Origin: Macrostomum lignano
Lineage: Eukaryota
Length of the DNA: 64,000 nucleotides
Reading direction: 5' to 3'
NCBI GenBank assembly: GCA_002269645.1
Contig: NIVC01000103.1
Location: forward strand, 922,397-986,396
Shown: one piece after another, positions 12,926-24,956 of the stretch
Position numbering within the stretch: the stretch's first letter is position 1
Layout of the letters: every line of letters begins with the position of its first letter
The notes under the pieces: generated by a model
Told to the model about the DNA's origin: nothing
Seen by the model: only the letters and a program-made list of their open reading frames with translations
Database searches by the model: none
Made by a program: the position numbers and the translations under genes

Positions 12926-13025
12926 TGAGTAAGGGAAGAAAGCCCTGAGTAAGGGAAGAAAGCCCTGAGTAAGGGAAGAAAGCCCTGAGTAAGTGAAGAA
13001 AGCCCTGAGTAAGGGAAGAAAGCCT
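12926..13025. repeat. 20-bp minisatellite (TGAGTAAGGGAAGAAAGCCC) x5 in intron 3
   Basis: Five direct copies are visible. Confidence 0.9.
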
Positions 13026-13199
13026 GCTGCGCCAGTCTTTCAGATAGTCTGCTTGAGGGCTTAGCAGCTGTGCAAAGCAAAAATCAAGTATTGTAAATCA
13101 ATCGATTATCGTCATCACCGCTTTAAAAAAATTTACGAACCTAACAATTGGTTCTTGTTAACTAGTTCGTATAGTCATTTACGAGCTTATACAATCATT

Positions 13200-13657
13200 T
13201 ATTGCTTTTGTCAGCCTAACTGAGAATAAAGCCATCCAAAGTGAGAATCCTGCCTACGCTGACTGCAAAGGGCCTGGCTGCGTGCAGCCTTAGTCTATGG
13301 GCCATAGACAATAAAGGACAAGCAAAGTGATAAAAAGCCATCCAATGTGAGAATCGATTGGTCTATGCGTCGTATTCTTTTATTTTTATACCTTCTGAGC
13401 TTCTGAGCCATATGACTAGCCAATCCTAGCTTATCCTTTATAGTCTATGGCTCATAGACTAGGCTGGACGCAGCTAGGCCCTTCGTATTCAGCGTAGGCA
13501 GGATTCTCACATTGGATGGCTTTTTATCACTTTGCTTGTCCTTTATAGTCTATGGCCCATAGACTAAGGCTACACGCAGCCAGGCCCTTCGCAGTCAGCG
13601 TAGACAGGATTCTCACTTTGGATGGCTTTATTCTCAGTTAGGCTGACAAAACCAATA
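13200..13657. mobile_element. Foldback MITE with ~150-bp TIRs, TA-flanked, in intron 3 of the cGLR gene
   Basis: TATTGCTTTTGTCAGCCTAACTGAGAATAAAGCCATCC... is mirrored by ...GGATGGCTTTATTCTCAGTTAGGCTGACAAAACCAATA. An extra internal subunit copy is present. Confidence 0.85.
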
Positions 13658-13847
13658 CTAAATAAAATTAAAGGTAATACTGCGTAAAAACAATAAAACG
13701 ACAAGAACACTTTTTTGACTGAATTATGTGTGAAAATAAATTATCTGAAATATCCAGGAAAGAATAGCGGCGTATAAAAGCAGTTTCAAACCAAACCATC
13801 TTTTTTTCCTCACCACAATGCGACTCTCCGCTCACTGCGCTCTGCAG

Positions 13848-15287
13848 GCAGCCAACCTGCAGTGGCAGCCACAGCATGCGGTGTGAGGCCTTCACAGGAC
13901 ACGTGCCATGCGATCGACTGCTGCAGCAGCTTTTGTGAGGACAGAATTGAAAAACTGCTTGATACTAGACACATTTATACTATTGTTCACCTCGTGCGGG
14001 CGACAAGACCGAGCTCGACCAACGAGCTCAGAGTGAGCTTCAGCTTCCAAGAGAAAAAAATCATGAGACAGCTGAGCACAGTCCAGGGTCAGCTGTTCAC
14101 ACTCATCAAGTTCATCTTCAAGAGACACTTGCCGCTCACTCTGGGCACACCTGGACTCAAGACCTACCATGCAAAGACTCTGCTCTTTTTTATGCTTGAG
14201 AAGCAAAGCAAACGATCTTGGGTAAAAGCTCGTTGGCAGCCCCACAATCTGATCGCTCTGCTCAACGAGTCTCTCGACATGATGCTGAGCTTCATCGACT
14301 CGAGCAGCTCGCCCGATGAGTGCATGCCGCACTTCTTCATGCCCGACGCTCCGCTCTACTTCAAGAACGCTGGAATCGGCGGCGACTTTGACAACACGAA
14401 GGCGAGGATTCGAGACCGACTTCGTGAGCTAAGAAGCGACATCGGCGGAGTGGTCGACCAGCTGAGAACACACGTGAGACCTCTGCAGTCAGAGAAGTTC
14501 TACTTTCACCCGTTCACTCTGCTGCCTCTGACAGCGCCGCCTGCTGTCACGGAGATCAGAGAAGGAAGTGATCGCTATTCAGAAGAAATGTACTACAAGT
14601 TCGCAGACGTGTACAGTGTGGTGCACCAGTGTGTGAGCGAGTTGCAGTCGGAATCTAGCAACAGAAGCACCCTGATGAGCCAGCTCAGTCTCCTGCACGA
14701 GCTGCAGTGGTGCAAGTGCTCCGCCCTGTGCATGACCGCCATGGCACATTTGAAGTTCGGAGAATCGATCTGAGGAGGCTGAGAGACTCGCGATGGAGCT
14801 GCAGAGACATCCGGTTGAGTCAGGGTTGAAGCCACAGGATATTCAAGGTTTTAGATATAGCCCAACTAAACTGGCAGAAGACTCAGACTGGGCGTGGAGG
14901 TTCTGCCTCCCCTGCGACTCTCCGCCTCGCTTCCCATTCCTTTCCGAGTTCACGCAGACTCTGTTCACAGCCAGACTGTCGCAGCCTCTCTCCTCCCACC
15001 TGTACGTGAACTTCCGCTGCCTGAGCTGGAGTCTCCAAGCTGAGCTGCTCCGCAATCGCACACCTGCAATCGCATTCGATCATTGGATTGAACAGCTGCT
15101 TGGAGACCCGGACTTGGAGGAGCTGCTCACTCTGGCTCACTACAGCGACTTGCGCGAGCACGTGGAGCTCAGCCTGCAGCAGATGGAGATGATCGAGAAA
15201 GAGAGACGCGTCGCCATGGAGACGCAGGACGAGAAGAAGATCGGCTGGGTCAGGGAGAAGCTAGAGAGACTTGATTCAGCAGATTAA
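13848..15287 (+). CDS. Exon 4 of the ankyrin-cGLR gene: Mab-21 C-terminal lobe plus helical tail; 1-nt frameshift near 14770
   Basis: Acceptor CTCTGCAG| (phase 1). Motifs QDTCHAIDC, VHLV, ELRVSFSFQEK, LKTYHAKTLLF and MPHFFMP are Mab-21 hallmarks. After FGESI* (14773) the reading continues in the +1 frame as EEAERLAMELQRH... to the stop at 15287. Confidence 0.8.
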
Positions 15288-15329
15288 ACTAAAAATTTTA
15301 CAATTGACTTTATATGAGAAAACTGTAGA

Positions 15330-15524
15330 GGCTCTCTGATAAATTCTGACTATACACGCTCTCTGATGTAAATTATGTATGATTTTACACGCTCTCTGAT
15401 ATATAATGTCTGATTTTATACGCTCTCTGATATATAACGTCTGATTTTATACGCTCTCTGATATATAATGTCTGATTTTATACGCTCTCTGATATATAAT
15501 GTCTGATTTTATACGCACTCTGAT
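15330..15524. repeat. 31-bp minisatellite (TTATACGCTCTCTGATATATAATGTCTGATT), ~6 copies, just 3' of the cGLR gene
   Basis: CTCTGAT recurs at 15394, 15425, 15456, 15487 and 15518. Confidence 0.9.
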
Positions 15525-15941
15525 CAGCAGTGTCGGAAAATATTTCAGAATGGGGGGGCTATTGGTGTGAGGACACATTGCACAAAGTTTCTTTTAATCT
15601 AAGGGCACCCAAAATCCTGCTGTTATATCGCAGTTCAGCTCCAATATTCAGCTCTGTGTTGGAAGTAGCCAAAAGTCTGAAAATGCTCCAATTTTCAACC
15701 AATTCAAACATTTCGCAACAGTACTGTACTATCAATTTATTTAGTAAATATTTCAAATGAATGAAATTTGCAAGGGCGAGACCAGTAATTTTCTGGATCT
15801 CTTGGCTGCCTCCTTTAGTTCCTCTTGGCGCTGTCTCTATTGTTTTATCTGACGGCATTTTAGTGATTGGGGATTGCGGCGGACTCGGAATTTCGATCAG
15901 AGGCGCCAAAGGAGAAGGGCTGAATACTAAAATTACAATAG

Positions 15942-16320
15942 CAGGGGTCGTCAAACTCCGGCCCGCGGGCCACATGCGGCCCGCAAAGCCTCTCTATCCC
16001 GCCCTCGGGTCTTTTGAAACTTCACAATAGCGATCCGGCTCGCTCAATGTTTGTGTCTCTTCTCAGCTCTCTTCTCTCACCTCTCTTCTTATAGTCTCTC
16101 CTCTCCTCTCCTCTCCTCTCCTCTCCTCTCCTCTCCTCTCCTCTCCTCTCCTCTCCTCTCCTCTCCTCTCCTCTCCTCTCCTCTCCTCTCCTCTCCTCTC
16201 CTCTCGTCTCCTCTCCTCTCCTTTCCTCTCCTCTCCCTTTGCTTCTCTTCTTCTCCCTTCCCTCCTCTCTTCTCTCCTTCTCTCCTCTCTCTTTTATTCG
16301 TCTCTCCTCTCGTCTCTCCA
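15942..16320 (+). mobile_element. Charlie/hAT-type MITE left part with internal (CTCCT)n
   Basis: Starts CAGGGGTCGTCAAACTCCGGCCCGCGGGCCACATGCGGCCC. Homologous to 35583-35972. The right end is absent and replaced by Bel/Pao sequence. Confidence 0.7.
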
Positions 16321-17181
16321 AGGTGCATTACACTGGTGCTGTTATAAAGGTTTCCACCTGTCCGTTCAACACGTTTACCTGCATTGATTCCTGTTTGCCG
16401 TGCAGGCCAAGCTTGGATGCTATCGCCGCATTCAAATAGGTCTTTGTGCTGGCCTCATCAAGTAAGGTATTGACCTTCACCGCGCGCCTATTCGCCTTAA
16501 GAATTACCGGAACCGTTCAGAGTGAAACCGCACTGGCTTCTCTAGCTACCATTGTCAGGGTTGCAGGTTTCGGCTGCGACTGCATTTCTTGCTCAGCACC
16601 GGCTTTTCCTTCTGACTTCTCTTTCGATTCCGACCTAGCAGCGCTTGAGTGCAACAGGAGATGGTGGGATTTTTCGCATCCGTCAATGCCACACCTGCGA
16701 CCTCGTCGATAATTTTGACCTGTGTGACCATGTCCCACAGCGGAAACACGCTTTTGCTTCCTGAGAAGCCTTCCATAGATTCTCAGACGACAGCTTTTTG
16801 AACGCTGGACACTTTCATGGAGCGTGTGTCTCCTTGCAGACAACACAAGAATAGCTCTCCCTACGCGAACTCTTGCTCTGATGTGCTACATAAAAAGGTC
16901 TTCTGCTTCCCTTCCTTCTTTGGGTGCTCCTGGCTGGAGGTGGCCACACCGTGCACAATCTCTGCTGCCTGAGTTCGAAACTCGGCTTCGCGCAACACCC
17001 ACTCACGGAGTGTTCTCACGTCTTCTGACTTCTCCTTCTCGAACACCCAACGGCGAAATGCTGCGACCATCGGCTCCGGAAGTTTCTTTTGCAACCTAGC
17101 ATAAAGCAGTCCATCACTAAGTTCTGTATTCTTGCCGGCTTCTTCCAAATTAATTACGGCCACACAAGGATGTTTGCGAAC
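16320..17181 (-). mobile_element. Degenerate Bel/Pao LTR-retrotransposon gag-protease fragment
   Basis: Gag-like LLYARLQKKLPEPMVAAFRRWV...LREWVLREAEF; knuckle CGIDGCEKSHHLLLH; protease VSL*TVPVILK...NTLLDEASTKTYL with stops and frameshifts. It runs into the gap. Confidence 0.85.
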
Positions 17182-17925
17182 NNNNNNNNNNNNNNNNNNN
17201 NNNNNNNNNNNNNNNNNNNNNNNNNNNNNNNNNNNNNNNNNNNNNNNNNNNNNNNNNNNNNNNNNNNNNNNNNNNNNNNNNNNNNNNNNNNNNNNNNNNN
17301 NNNNNNNNNNNNNNNNNNNNNNNNNNNNNNNNNNNNNNNNNNNNNNNNNNNNNNNNNNNNNNNNNNNNNNNNNNNNNNNNNNNNNNNNNNNNNNNNNNNN
17401 NNNNNNNNNNNNNNNNNNNNNNNNNNNNNNNNNNNNNNNNNNNNNNNNNNNNNNNNNNNNNNNNNNNNNNNNNNNNNNNNNNNNNNNNNNNNNNNNNNNN
17501 NNNNNNNNNNNNNNNNNNNNNNNNNNNNNNNNNNNNNNNNNNNNNNNNNNNNNNNNNNNNNNNNNNNNNNNNNNNNNNNNNNNNNNNNNNNNNNNNNNNN
17601 NNNNNNNNNNNNNNNNNNNNNNNNNNNNNNNNNNNNNNNNNNNNNNNNNNNNNNNNNNNNNNNNNNNNNNNNNNNNNNNNNNNNNNNNNNNNNNNNNNNN
17701 NNNNNNNNNNNNNNNNNNNNNNNNNNNNNNNNNNNNNNNNNNNNNNNNNNNNNNNNNNNNNNNNNNNNNNNNNNNNNNNNNNNNNNNNNNNNNNNNNNNN
17801 NNNNNNNNNNNNNNNNNNNNNNNNNNNNNNNNNNNNNNNNNNNNNNNNNNNNNNNNNNNNNNNNNNNNNNNNNNNNNNNNNNNNNNNNNNNNNNNNNNNN
17901 NNNNNNNNNNNNNNNNNNNNNNNNN
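17182..17925. other. Assembly gap (744 N)
   Basis: Run of N. Confidence 1.
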
Positions 17926-17999
17926 NTCTTTCTCCCAATTTAGTTCCAGCTCTCTTTTTAGGGTTGATTTATCTTCACTAAAATTTTGGCTATAGGGTT

Positions 18000-18620
18000 C
18001 ATGAGGTCAAGCATTCTAGGTTTATACTTGCAATTTTTTATGACAGTTTTTAAGGGTCATTCGGCTGCTGCTTGACTCAGAAATTTCAATATAGTAGTAT
18101 CGTTTGAGTTTTTTTGTGCCTCAACTTGAGCCAGTATATTAGGTAAATTTTTAAAAGTATGGTATGAGATAGGTGGGATATTGAGTTCTGCGAGAATCAC
18201 AAGGACTCAATCACTTTGGTAGGTTGAGTAGGTGTTTGTAGAAATTCGTTGGATTGAGTCCATATCTTTTAGCTCCGAAAGGGTAGCCAGAGGTCCCAGA
18301 TTTCACAGCCATAAAAATAAAAAGATACAACAGGTGTAACAAGGGAGTTAAAAAGCCGTTTGATGAGAATAATTTCCAAAGATGTGTTTTTGACTTAGTG
18401 TAGTAGTGAGAACATAGCTGAGCAGCCTTGTTTGGTTTCATAAGCAGTACATTTTTAAAAACTTTTTTCTGGTTCAAAGATAATTCCTAAGTACTTAAAT
18501 TCATGTACTTCAATTCTTCAATTTCTTGTTGAGCATAGGCTATCTGATCTGTGTTTAGCTGCCTATTTTCTTTTTTGCTTTTTTCTTTTTCCATGAGTAC
18601 CTGTGACGAGGACGCACTTT
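18000..18620 (-). mobile_element. Decayed non-LTR (LINE) ORF2 C-terminal fragment
   Basis: Broken frames give EFKYLGIIF, SLVTP...YGCEIWD, FYKHLLNLP, VILAELNIPP and IYWLKL, typical of CR1/L2-group RT C-termini. Confidence 0.75.
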
Positions 18621-19106
18621 TTTCCAAATTCACACGCTGGCACATGGGTTCCGAACTTGTTAGCCTACTAACAGCAGGCTATAGGCATTTTTTTTCCTTT
18701 TTGTGTAGTTTTCTTAGAATTCATACTAGTAGGACCTTTTTAGCTATATGATTTTGCCATAATTGTAGTCATAATAACATAGGCACGTTTTTGGGGTCAT
18801 AAATCATTGCTTTTGAGCTGGTCTGACAGCCACCTGCGCCTCACTCAGTGTTGAGGCTGGCGCCAGATGGTCCGAGAGGATGCGGGCGGTAGGTTTTTTC
18901 TCATCATTTTGACAGGCCATCAAGATTTATGAGGTCAGGGCCTATTGTTCGTGTTCACTCAAGCGTTTGACAGTTCTGACAAATGCGTTTACCCCTAAAA
19001 GTACTTTAGGATTAGCAATTAGCGATTTCTCTTCACGATCTTCACTTTCTACTTAGTAAGATCTTTCTAATGTATATTTTTTCACTGATTTTTGTAATTC
19101 CTACGC

Positions 19107-20460
19107 GAAAGATCATAAATCATTATGTAGCGATTTTGAGTGATTTATGACAGCACCTGGCGTATTTTTTTATGGCCCGAGGGAACTAATAGGTCGATCT
19201 TCTGGTCACGTGAGTTTGAGTGGCAACAAGCTCAGCCAATCACTAATTTGACGTCAGTTATAACGCTCAACCAATCAGCGTCGAGGTGTTCCGTTATAAC
19301 AAATTGCGGTCCAGTTGGCGGCTATATAAATCGGCGTTTTAGGCCCGCTCGAGTCAAACCCGGCTGGAAGGTGGTGAAAACTGTTGCAACTTCGTTCTTG
19401 GACCCCAACTGCTTGAGCCCGACCGTCGACGTCTCTTGATCCCGGATCACGACTCCCCCCACCATCCTCAAGGACGAATCCCCCCGGTCGTCAGCAGCGA
19501 TAATCAGGGTCAAGATCACCACCTGCTTGCTATCAGCGAAGATCAAGATAGCATCATCCCGGGCCTACAGCTGCGAAGCACTAAGCCGATTCGGTCACTG
19601 TGGATTACCTGGTCTCCGACTGTTGAGTTTCTGATTGGTTGGGTGAGAGGCTACCTAAGCTTACTTGATTGGGTGAATCCCTATCTGTCCCCCATCCCAG
19701 TAGCTGGATTAGGCGCACACTTTTGCTTGAATAGTTGATTCGGGAGGTTATCAGTCTCCCGAAAACTCCCACTTCCAGACACTTAAGCCTGGGAGCAAAA
19801 TAAAGTGTTCACTTACTGTGGCGGGCTCCTCTTCTGTGTCGGCAGGTTCTCCGAGCTCGTTTCTTCAAATCTTCTTTGTGCGCACGTAAGTAGAGTTCGC
19901 TTCTTCCAATCTTCTCCTCCGGAGGAATCTTCTTGAAGTCTTCGAAGTCCAAAATCGGCCGAGAGTGAGAGCAGAACAGTGAAGTCGACGTCGCAATATT
20001 TCCTCGAGTGCCAAATCAGTATCAACAGTGCGCCCTAATAAAATCAACTTCTAACACGAGGTCCTCCAAAAGGGGCGTCTTCTTCTAGAACTAACGGAAT
20101 CGGAGTCGTGTGCTCCTATCGGTTAATCTAGGATAATCCAAATCAACAGTCAGTAATCCTCGAAGGGTATCGGAATCGGTCCGCAGATCCTATCCAATCC
20201 CTTAGGAAAATGGGAGGCCTCGAATAGTCTCAGTAAAATCAACTGATCAACAATGGCCGGCAATAAAATCGCTCTCAATTTATCAAATAACGAAGACTTG
20301 AATTGAAGACTTAAAGACTTCAATTGATAATCTTATCTCCCAGAGATATAGCCTCGATTACTTGCTCTGACTAACCACAAGATCTTTTGAGGCTGCTCCG
20401 AGTCTGAGGTTTCAGCTCGGATTTTGCGTTTATATTTATAGTCAAATTTTTGGTATATTC
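19107..20460. other. Unclassified LTR-like/promoter-bearing segment
   Basis: On +: CCAAT boxes (~19235, ~19271), TATATAAAT (~19323) and AATAAA (19799). On -: TATAAATATAAA (20429-20440). No coding ORF or paired LTR was found. Confidence 0.35.
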
Positions 20461-20764
20461 TTCGTAGCGCGATTCATATTTCATCTTATTTCATCATATT
20501 TCAATAATGTAAATTGTCTCATGCTTCATCATACTTTGTATTCATTGTCTTAAAATAGAGTATGACAATTTTGCAATTTTATAGCATTCAAGTTTTTCGC
20601 ATTTTTGTTACTACTTATAGTAGCGTACTTTGTATGGTTTCTGGAGATCTCTACATGCTCATGTTGTTAAGTACTGGTCGAAAGGACTTTAATTCGATTT
20701 CCTTCGTACAAATACAATCGACTACTTTGTGACAGACGACAGAGCAACTTGATTGCTTTTGTTT

Positions 20765-20995
20765 ATTGCATTGCGCGCTCGTGCCAAACTTTGACTGCGC
20801 GCTTTTGCAACACAGAGCCAGAAGTGCGCGCTTGTGCCAGTGCGGTCTTGTGATGGTGCGCGCTTATGCCAATGCTGAGCACTTTCTACCGCGCTCTTGT
20901 GCAAGTCAAAACGTGCGCTCTTATGCCTCTGCACGCCTGTGCCAGACTTTGACATAAAATACACAGGCGCGCTTGTGCCGGTGCGCGCTTATGAT
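20765..20995. repeat. Degenerate GCGCGCTT(G/A)TGCC repeat cluster
   Basis: About 8 variant copies of the motif. Confidence 0.55.
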
Positions 20996-21448
20996 GGCGA
21001 CCCATCTACTCTCTTCTCCTTGCTTCCTTCGCCTCTGTTTTCTCCCAAGCTCGTATTTTTCTTCTCTATTCCTTATGCTATCTCCCTCCTCTGCCCCGCA
21101 GTCGACAGGGACTCCTGCAAGAAAGAGTCATTGCGCTGGGTTCTCAATCTTGCTCTTTAGGTAAAAAGTTTGCCGACCCGTGCACTAAAAGCACTAGGCT
21201 TAGGCACATTGGATAAAACTATAGTGGAATGTGATTGAGAAAAACATGAACAACGAGGTATTATATCAGCTTGTACCCTTAGCTTCCAAGAATCCGAAAA
21301 GCCAAAGCCCAGAACCGCGGCCGACACTTGTTTAAAGTTCAAAAGGGCACTTGCAGGATCATACTAAAAAGTGAGGAGGGCTCCAGCCCCCATGCCCCCC
21401 GGGTCCGACACCCCTGTCTCTGATATAGCTCGTATTATGTATGATTTT

Positions 21449-21804
21449 TTTTTTAGAGGCAGGGGGGTTGTGTGCACCCTGGCGCAATTTAAGCGTCATT
21501 GGCACACAACCGGCGAGAGGCATTGCTGCCCATTCCGCCGACTCCCCTAAGCAGGCATACAAGCGCGCGGATACGTTACGCAGGCACACACTCACACAGG
21601 AGTGTACAGCGGCCCTAACTTTATTAATTGTTAGGCATGTACACTTCACTGCGCCTTGGGGGGTTGGCTCTCAAGGCCGTTAATTGCACGAGCGAGCCAA
21701 GCCGAAATTCCAATTCAGCCCCAAATTAATGTGACTGCACTTGGAATCGAGCCTGGGTCGCTGGCACACCAGAGCAGCTGCGCTACCGCTGGGCTACGGC
21801 CCCC
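21449..21804 (-). mobile_element. tRNA-derived SINE (family B), full length with TSD
   Basis: Minus-strand 5' end GGGGCCGTAGCCCAGCGGTAGCGC (A box), B box GGCTCGATTCC, and a poly-A tail. 13-bp TSD TATGTATGATTTT at 21436-21448 and 21805-21817. Confidence 0.85.
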
Positions 21805-22257
21805 TATGTATGATTTTACACGCTCTCTGATATTTCCTGACTAAAAAGCTTTTCAACAATTTTAATTTGTAAAATTTGTACCCCAAAAGCTTCCACCCTA
21901 TTCTGAATGTCTATCCAGCCAATGCGGGAACAATTCCTATTGTTTGAACAAAATAAAGAAACAATTTAAAAATGATACTTTCGCTGCGAATACTATATAA
22001 AATACAGCAGAGTAATATGCTGTGCATGCTGGTAAATTAACTCGTAAAAGAATAGTAATCTTCACTGCCCCAGATCAAACGCAATAATTGATTTTGTGAT
22101 AAAAAAGAAGTTTTTTCCTATCTGCAAAGGATTATTTCCCTGGAAATTGGCCTCCAAAAAATAACACTATCTTTGAGTTTTACGTCTCGTTAAAATGAGT
22201 GGTCTTCTACTCATTAAATATTGTGAATATGTATTCAATGTTTACGTTCTTATGGAA

Positions 22258-23335
22258 TGACTACCCCAGTGACCCTGAGTTACATTGGAGTGACCACCCC
22301 AGTGACCCTGAGTTACATTGGAGTGACCACCCCAGTGACCCTGAGTTACATTGGAGTGACCACCCCAGTGACCCGGAGTTACATTGGAGTGACCACCCCA
22401 GTGATCCGGAGTTACATTGGAGTGACCACCCCAGTGACCCGGAGTTACACTGGAGTGACTACCCCAGTGACTACCCTGAGTTACATTGGAGTGACTACCC
22501 TGAGTGACTACCCGCAGTTACACCGGAGTAACTACCCTGAGTGACTACCCTGAGTTACACCGGAGTGACTACCCTGAGTTACACCGGAGTGACTACCCTG
22601 AGTTACACCGGAGTGACTACCCTGAGTTACACCGGAGTGACTACCCTGAGTTACACCGGAGTGACTACCCTGAGTTACACCGGAGTGACTACCCTGAGTT
22701 ACACCGGAGTGACTACCCTGAGTTACACCGGAGTGACTACCCTGAGTTACACCGGAGTGACTACCCTGAGTTACACCGGAGTGACTACCCTGAGTTACAC
22801 CGGAGTGACTACCCTGAGTGACTACCCTCAGTTACACTGGAGTGACTACCTTTAGTTACACCGGAGTGACTACCCTGAGTTACACCGGAGTGACTACCCT
22901 GAGTTACACCGGAGTGACTACCCTGAGCTACACCGGAGTGACTACCCTGAGTGACTACCCTCAGTTACACTGGAGTGACTACCTTTAGTTACACTGGAGT
23001 GACTACCTTTAGTTACACCGGAGTGACTACCCTGAGTTACACCGGAGTGACTACCCTGAGTTACACCGGAGTGACTACCCTGAGTTACACCGGAGTGACT
23101 ACCTTGAGTTACACCGGAGTGACTACCCTGAGCTACACCGGAGTGACTACCTTGAGTTACACCGGAGTGACTACCCTGAGCTACACCGGAGTGACTACCC
23201 TGAGTGACTACCCTCAGTTACACTGGAATGACTACCCTGAGTTACACCGGAGTGACTACCCTGAGCTACACCGGAGTGACTACCCTGAGTTACACCGGAG
23301 TGACTACCCTGAGTTACACCGGAGTGACTACTCTA
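22258..23335. repeat. Compound minisatellite: 33-bp unit switching to a 24-bp unit (GAGTTACACCGGAGTGACTACCCT)
   Basis: About six 33-bp copies, then dozens of 24-bp copies with interspersed ~12-bp half units. Confidence 0.95.
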
Positions 23336-24556
23336 ACTGACGACTCAAGAGTGACGACTTCTTGAACTGAAAAGTAATTTATCTATAATCTAAAATTTAT
23401 CAGCAAAAAATGGATACCATTTTAGGTACAAATGATACTACTAATACTGCTAAAAGCATTATGAATTGCTGACAATCTTTCTGTATACATGAACGTGCGC
23501 GTGATTTAACCATTTTTAAGCATGCGGTTCCACTCAATTATTGATTTCAATGACTACTAATAGTACTAGGAGTGGGATATATTATTTGTTGGTAAAGCAA
23601 CAAAACAATCCATAGATCCATCTGAGAACGAAAGTTGTGTTGTAAAATTTTTTGTTTATTTGCCATTACAGAGAGAGAGTTGCATCGTTGAGTTTGAATG
23701 CAGAAACACCCTCCCAGCCAATGCTAAGTGACTTGCCCTCCGCCCCTGCTTCTCACAAAAGACTGTCAGAATAAATGTCATAATTGCTTGTCCGAAGCAG
23801 CGGGGGTGCCACTCTCGAGGGAGGCCCTGGGACCTGTTACAATTCTATTGCAATGTAGCTACGCAAGCGTAGGTTTGAGAATGTTCTCAGGGTCTTCTCA
23901 AACTCACACACTCACACACACAAAACAGGTCTCATGCTAATGCTTAAATTCGCGCTAGTCGCTTTTCTCTAGTTTGAAGCGCGCTGGCGCCATTGAGAAG
24001 TGCTTGGACTGCTCAACAGGTCTGTAGCAGCACTCAGTGAGCAGTGTGACAGCTGCTGGCTCGCATCACTCAGCCCAGACCGCTGCATCACTGTGGCGCC
24101 ATCTCTCAGTTTTATCTGTCCATCCATCTCTTGTCGTGTATTTTCTTTCAATTCTCAATCTCTCTCAGAATAGGTAAATCTGTGTATTCGCGGCCACTTC
24201 AAAGTGTCAAAATAATAGCTTGCACAGGACGAAAGTCAGGACTCGTCGGGGTTTGGCTGCAGATTTGAATAGAGATCCCGTCAAAGATGAAGCTGCCATG
24301 CGGTGCGCACTTGTCAGATTACATATTCTGTATGTGAAGACTCCGCTGAAGACTCAGATTTGAGCTCAGCTGCTCACGTGTGCGTCTGGGACAAGATTGC
24401 TGGCACTGATTTGAGTCTTGAGAGATTAAATCAAATTTATGTGAGTTGATGTAGTTTGAGTTGTTTTGAGTCTGGCTGTGATTTAATATAGTCCAGAAAA
24501 AAAGATGCAGTGACAAAAAAAGATAAATGCAAGTGGTTTTGACACCTCTTGGCATA

Positions 24557-24956
<400 letters not shown>

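Larger units (their letters stand above)
15525..21416. mobile_element. hAT-like non-autonomous element ends enclosing nested insertions and the gap
   Basis: TIR CAGCAGTGTCGGA versus reverse-complemented right end CAGGGGTGTCGGA. Near-TSD of 8 bp: ACTCTGAT (15517-15524) / TCTCTGAT (21417-21424). Minisatellite sequence resumes after 21416. Continuity across the N gap is not proven. Confidence 0.65.

Noticed and set aside
14771-14773. TGA as selenocysteine or readthrough in the cGLR gene
   Set aside because: The continuation is in a different frame and another TGA follows in frame, so readthrough would not restore it.
17089-17995. Long ORFs full of X
   Set aside because: Artefacts of the N gap.
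21449-21804. Functional tRNA genes here and at 8230-8503 and 37130-37395
   Set aside because: A/B boxes are present but are followed by long non-tRNA bodies, one with a poly-A tail and TSD, so these are SINEs.
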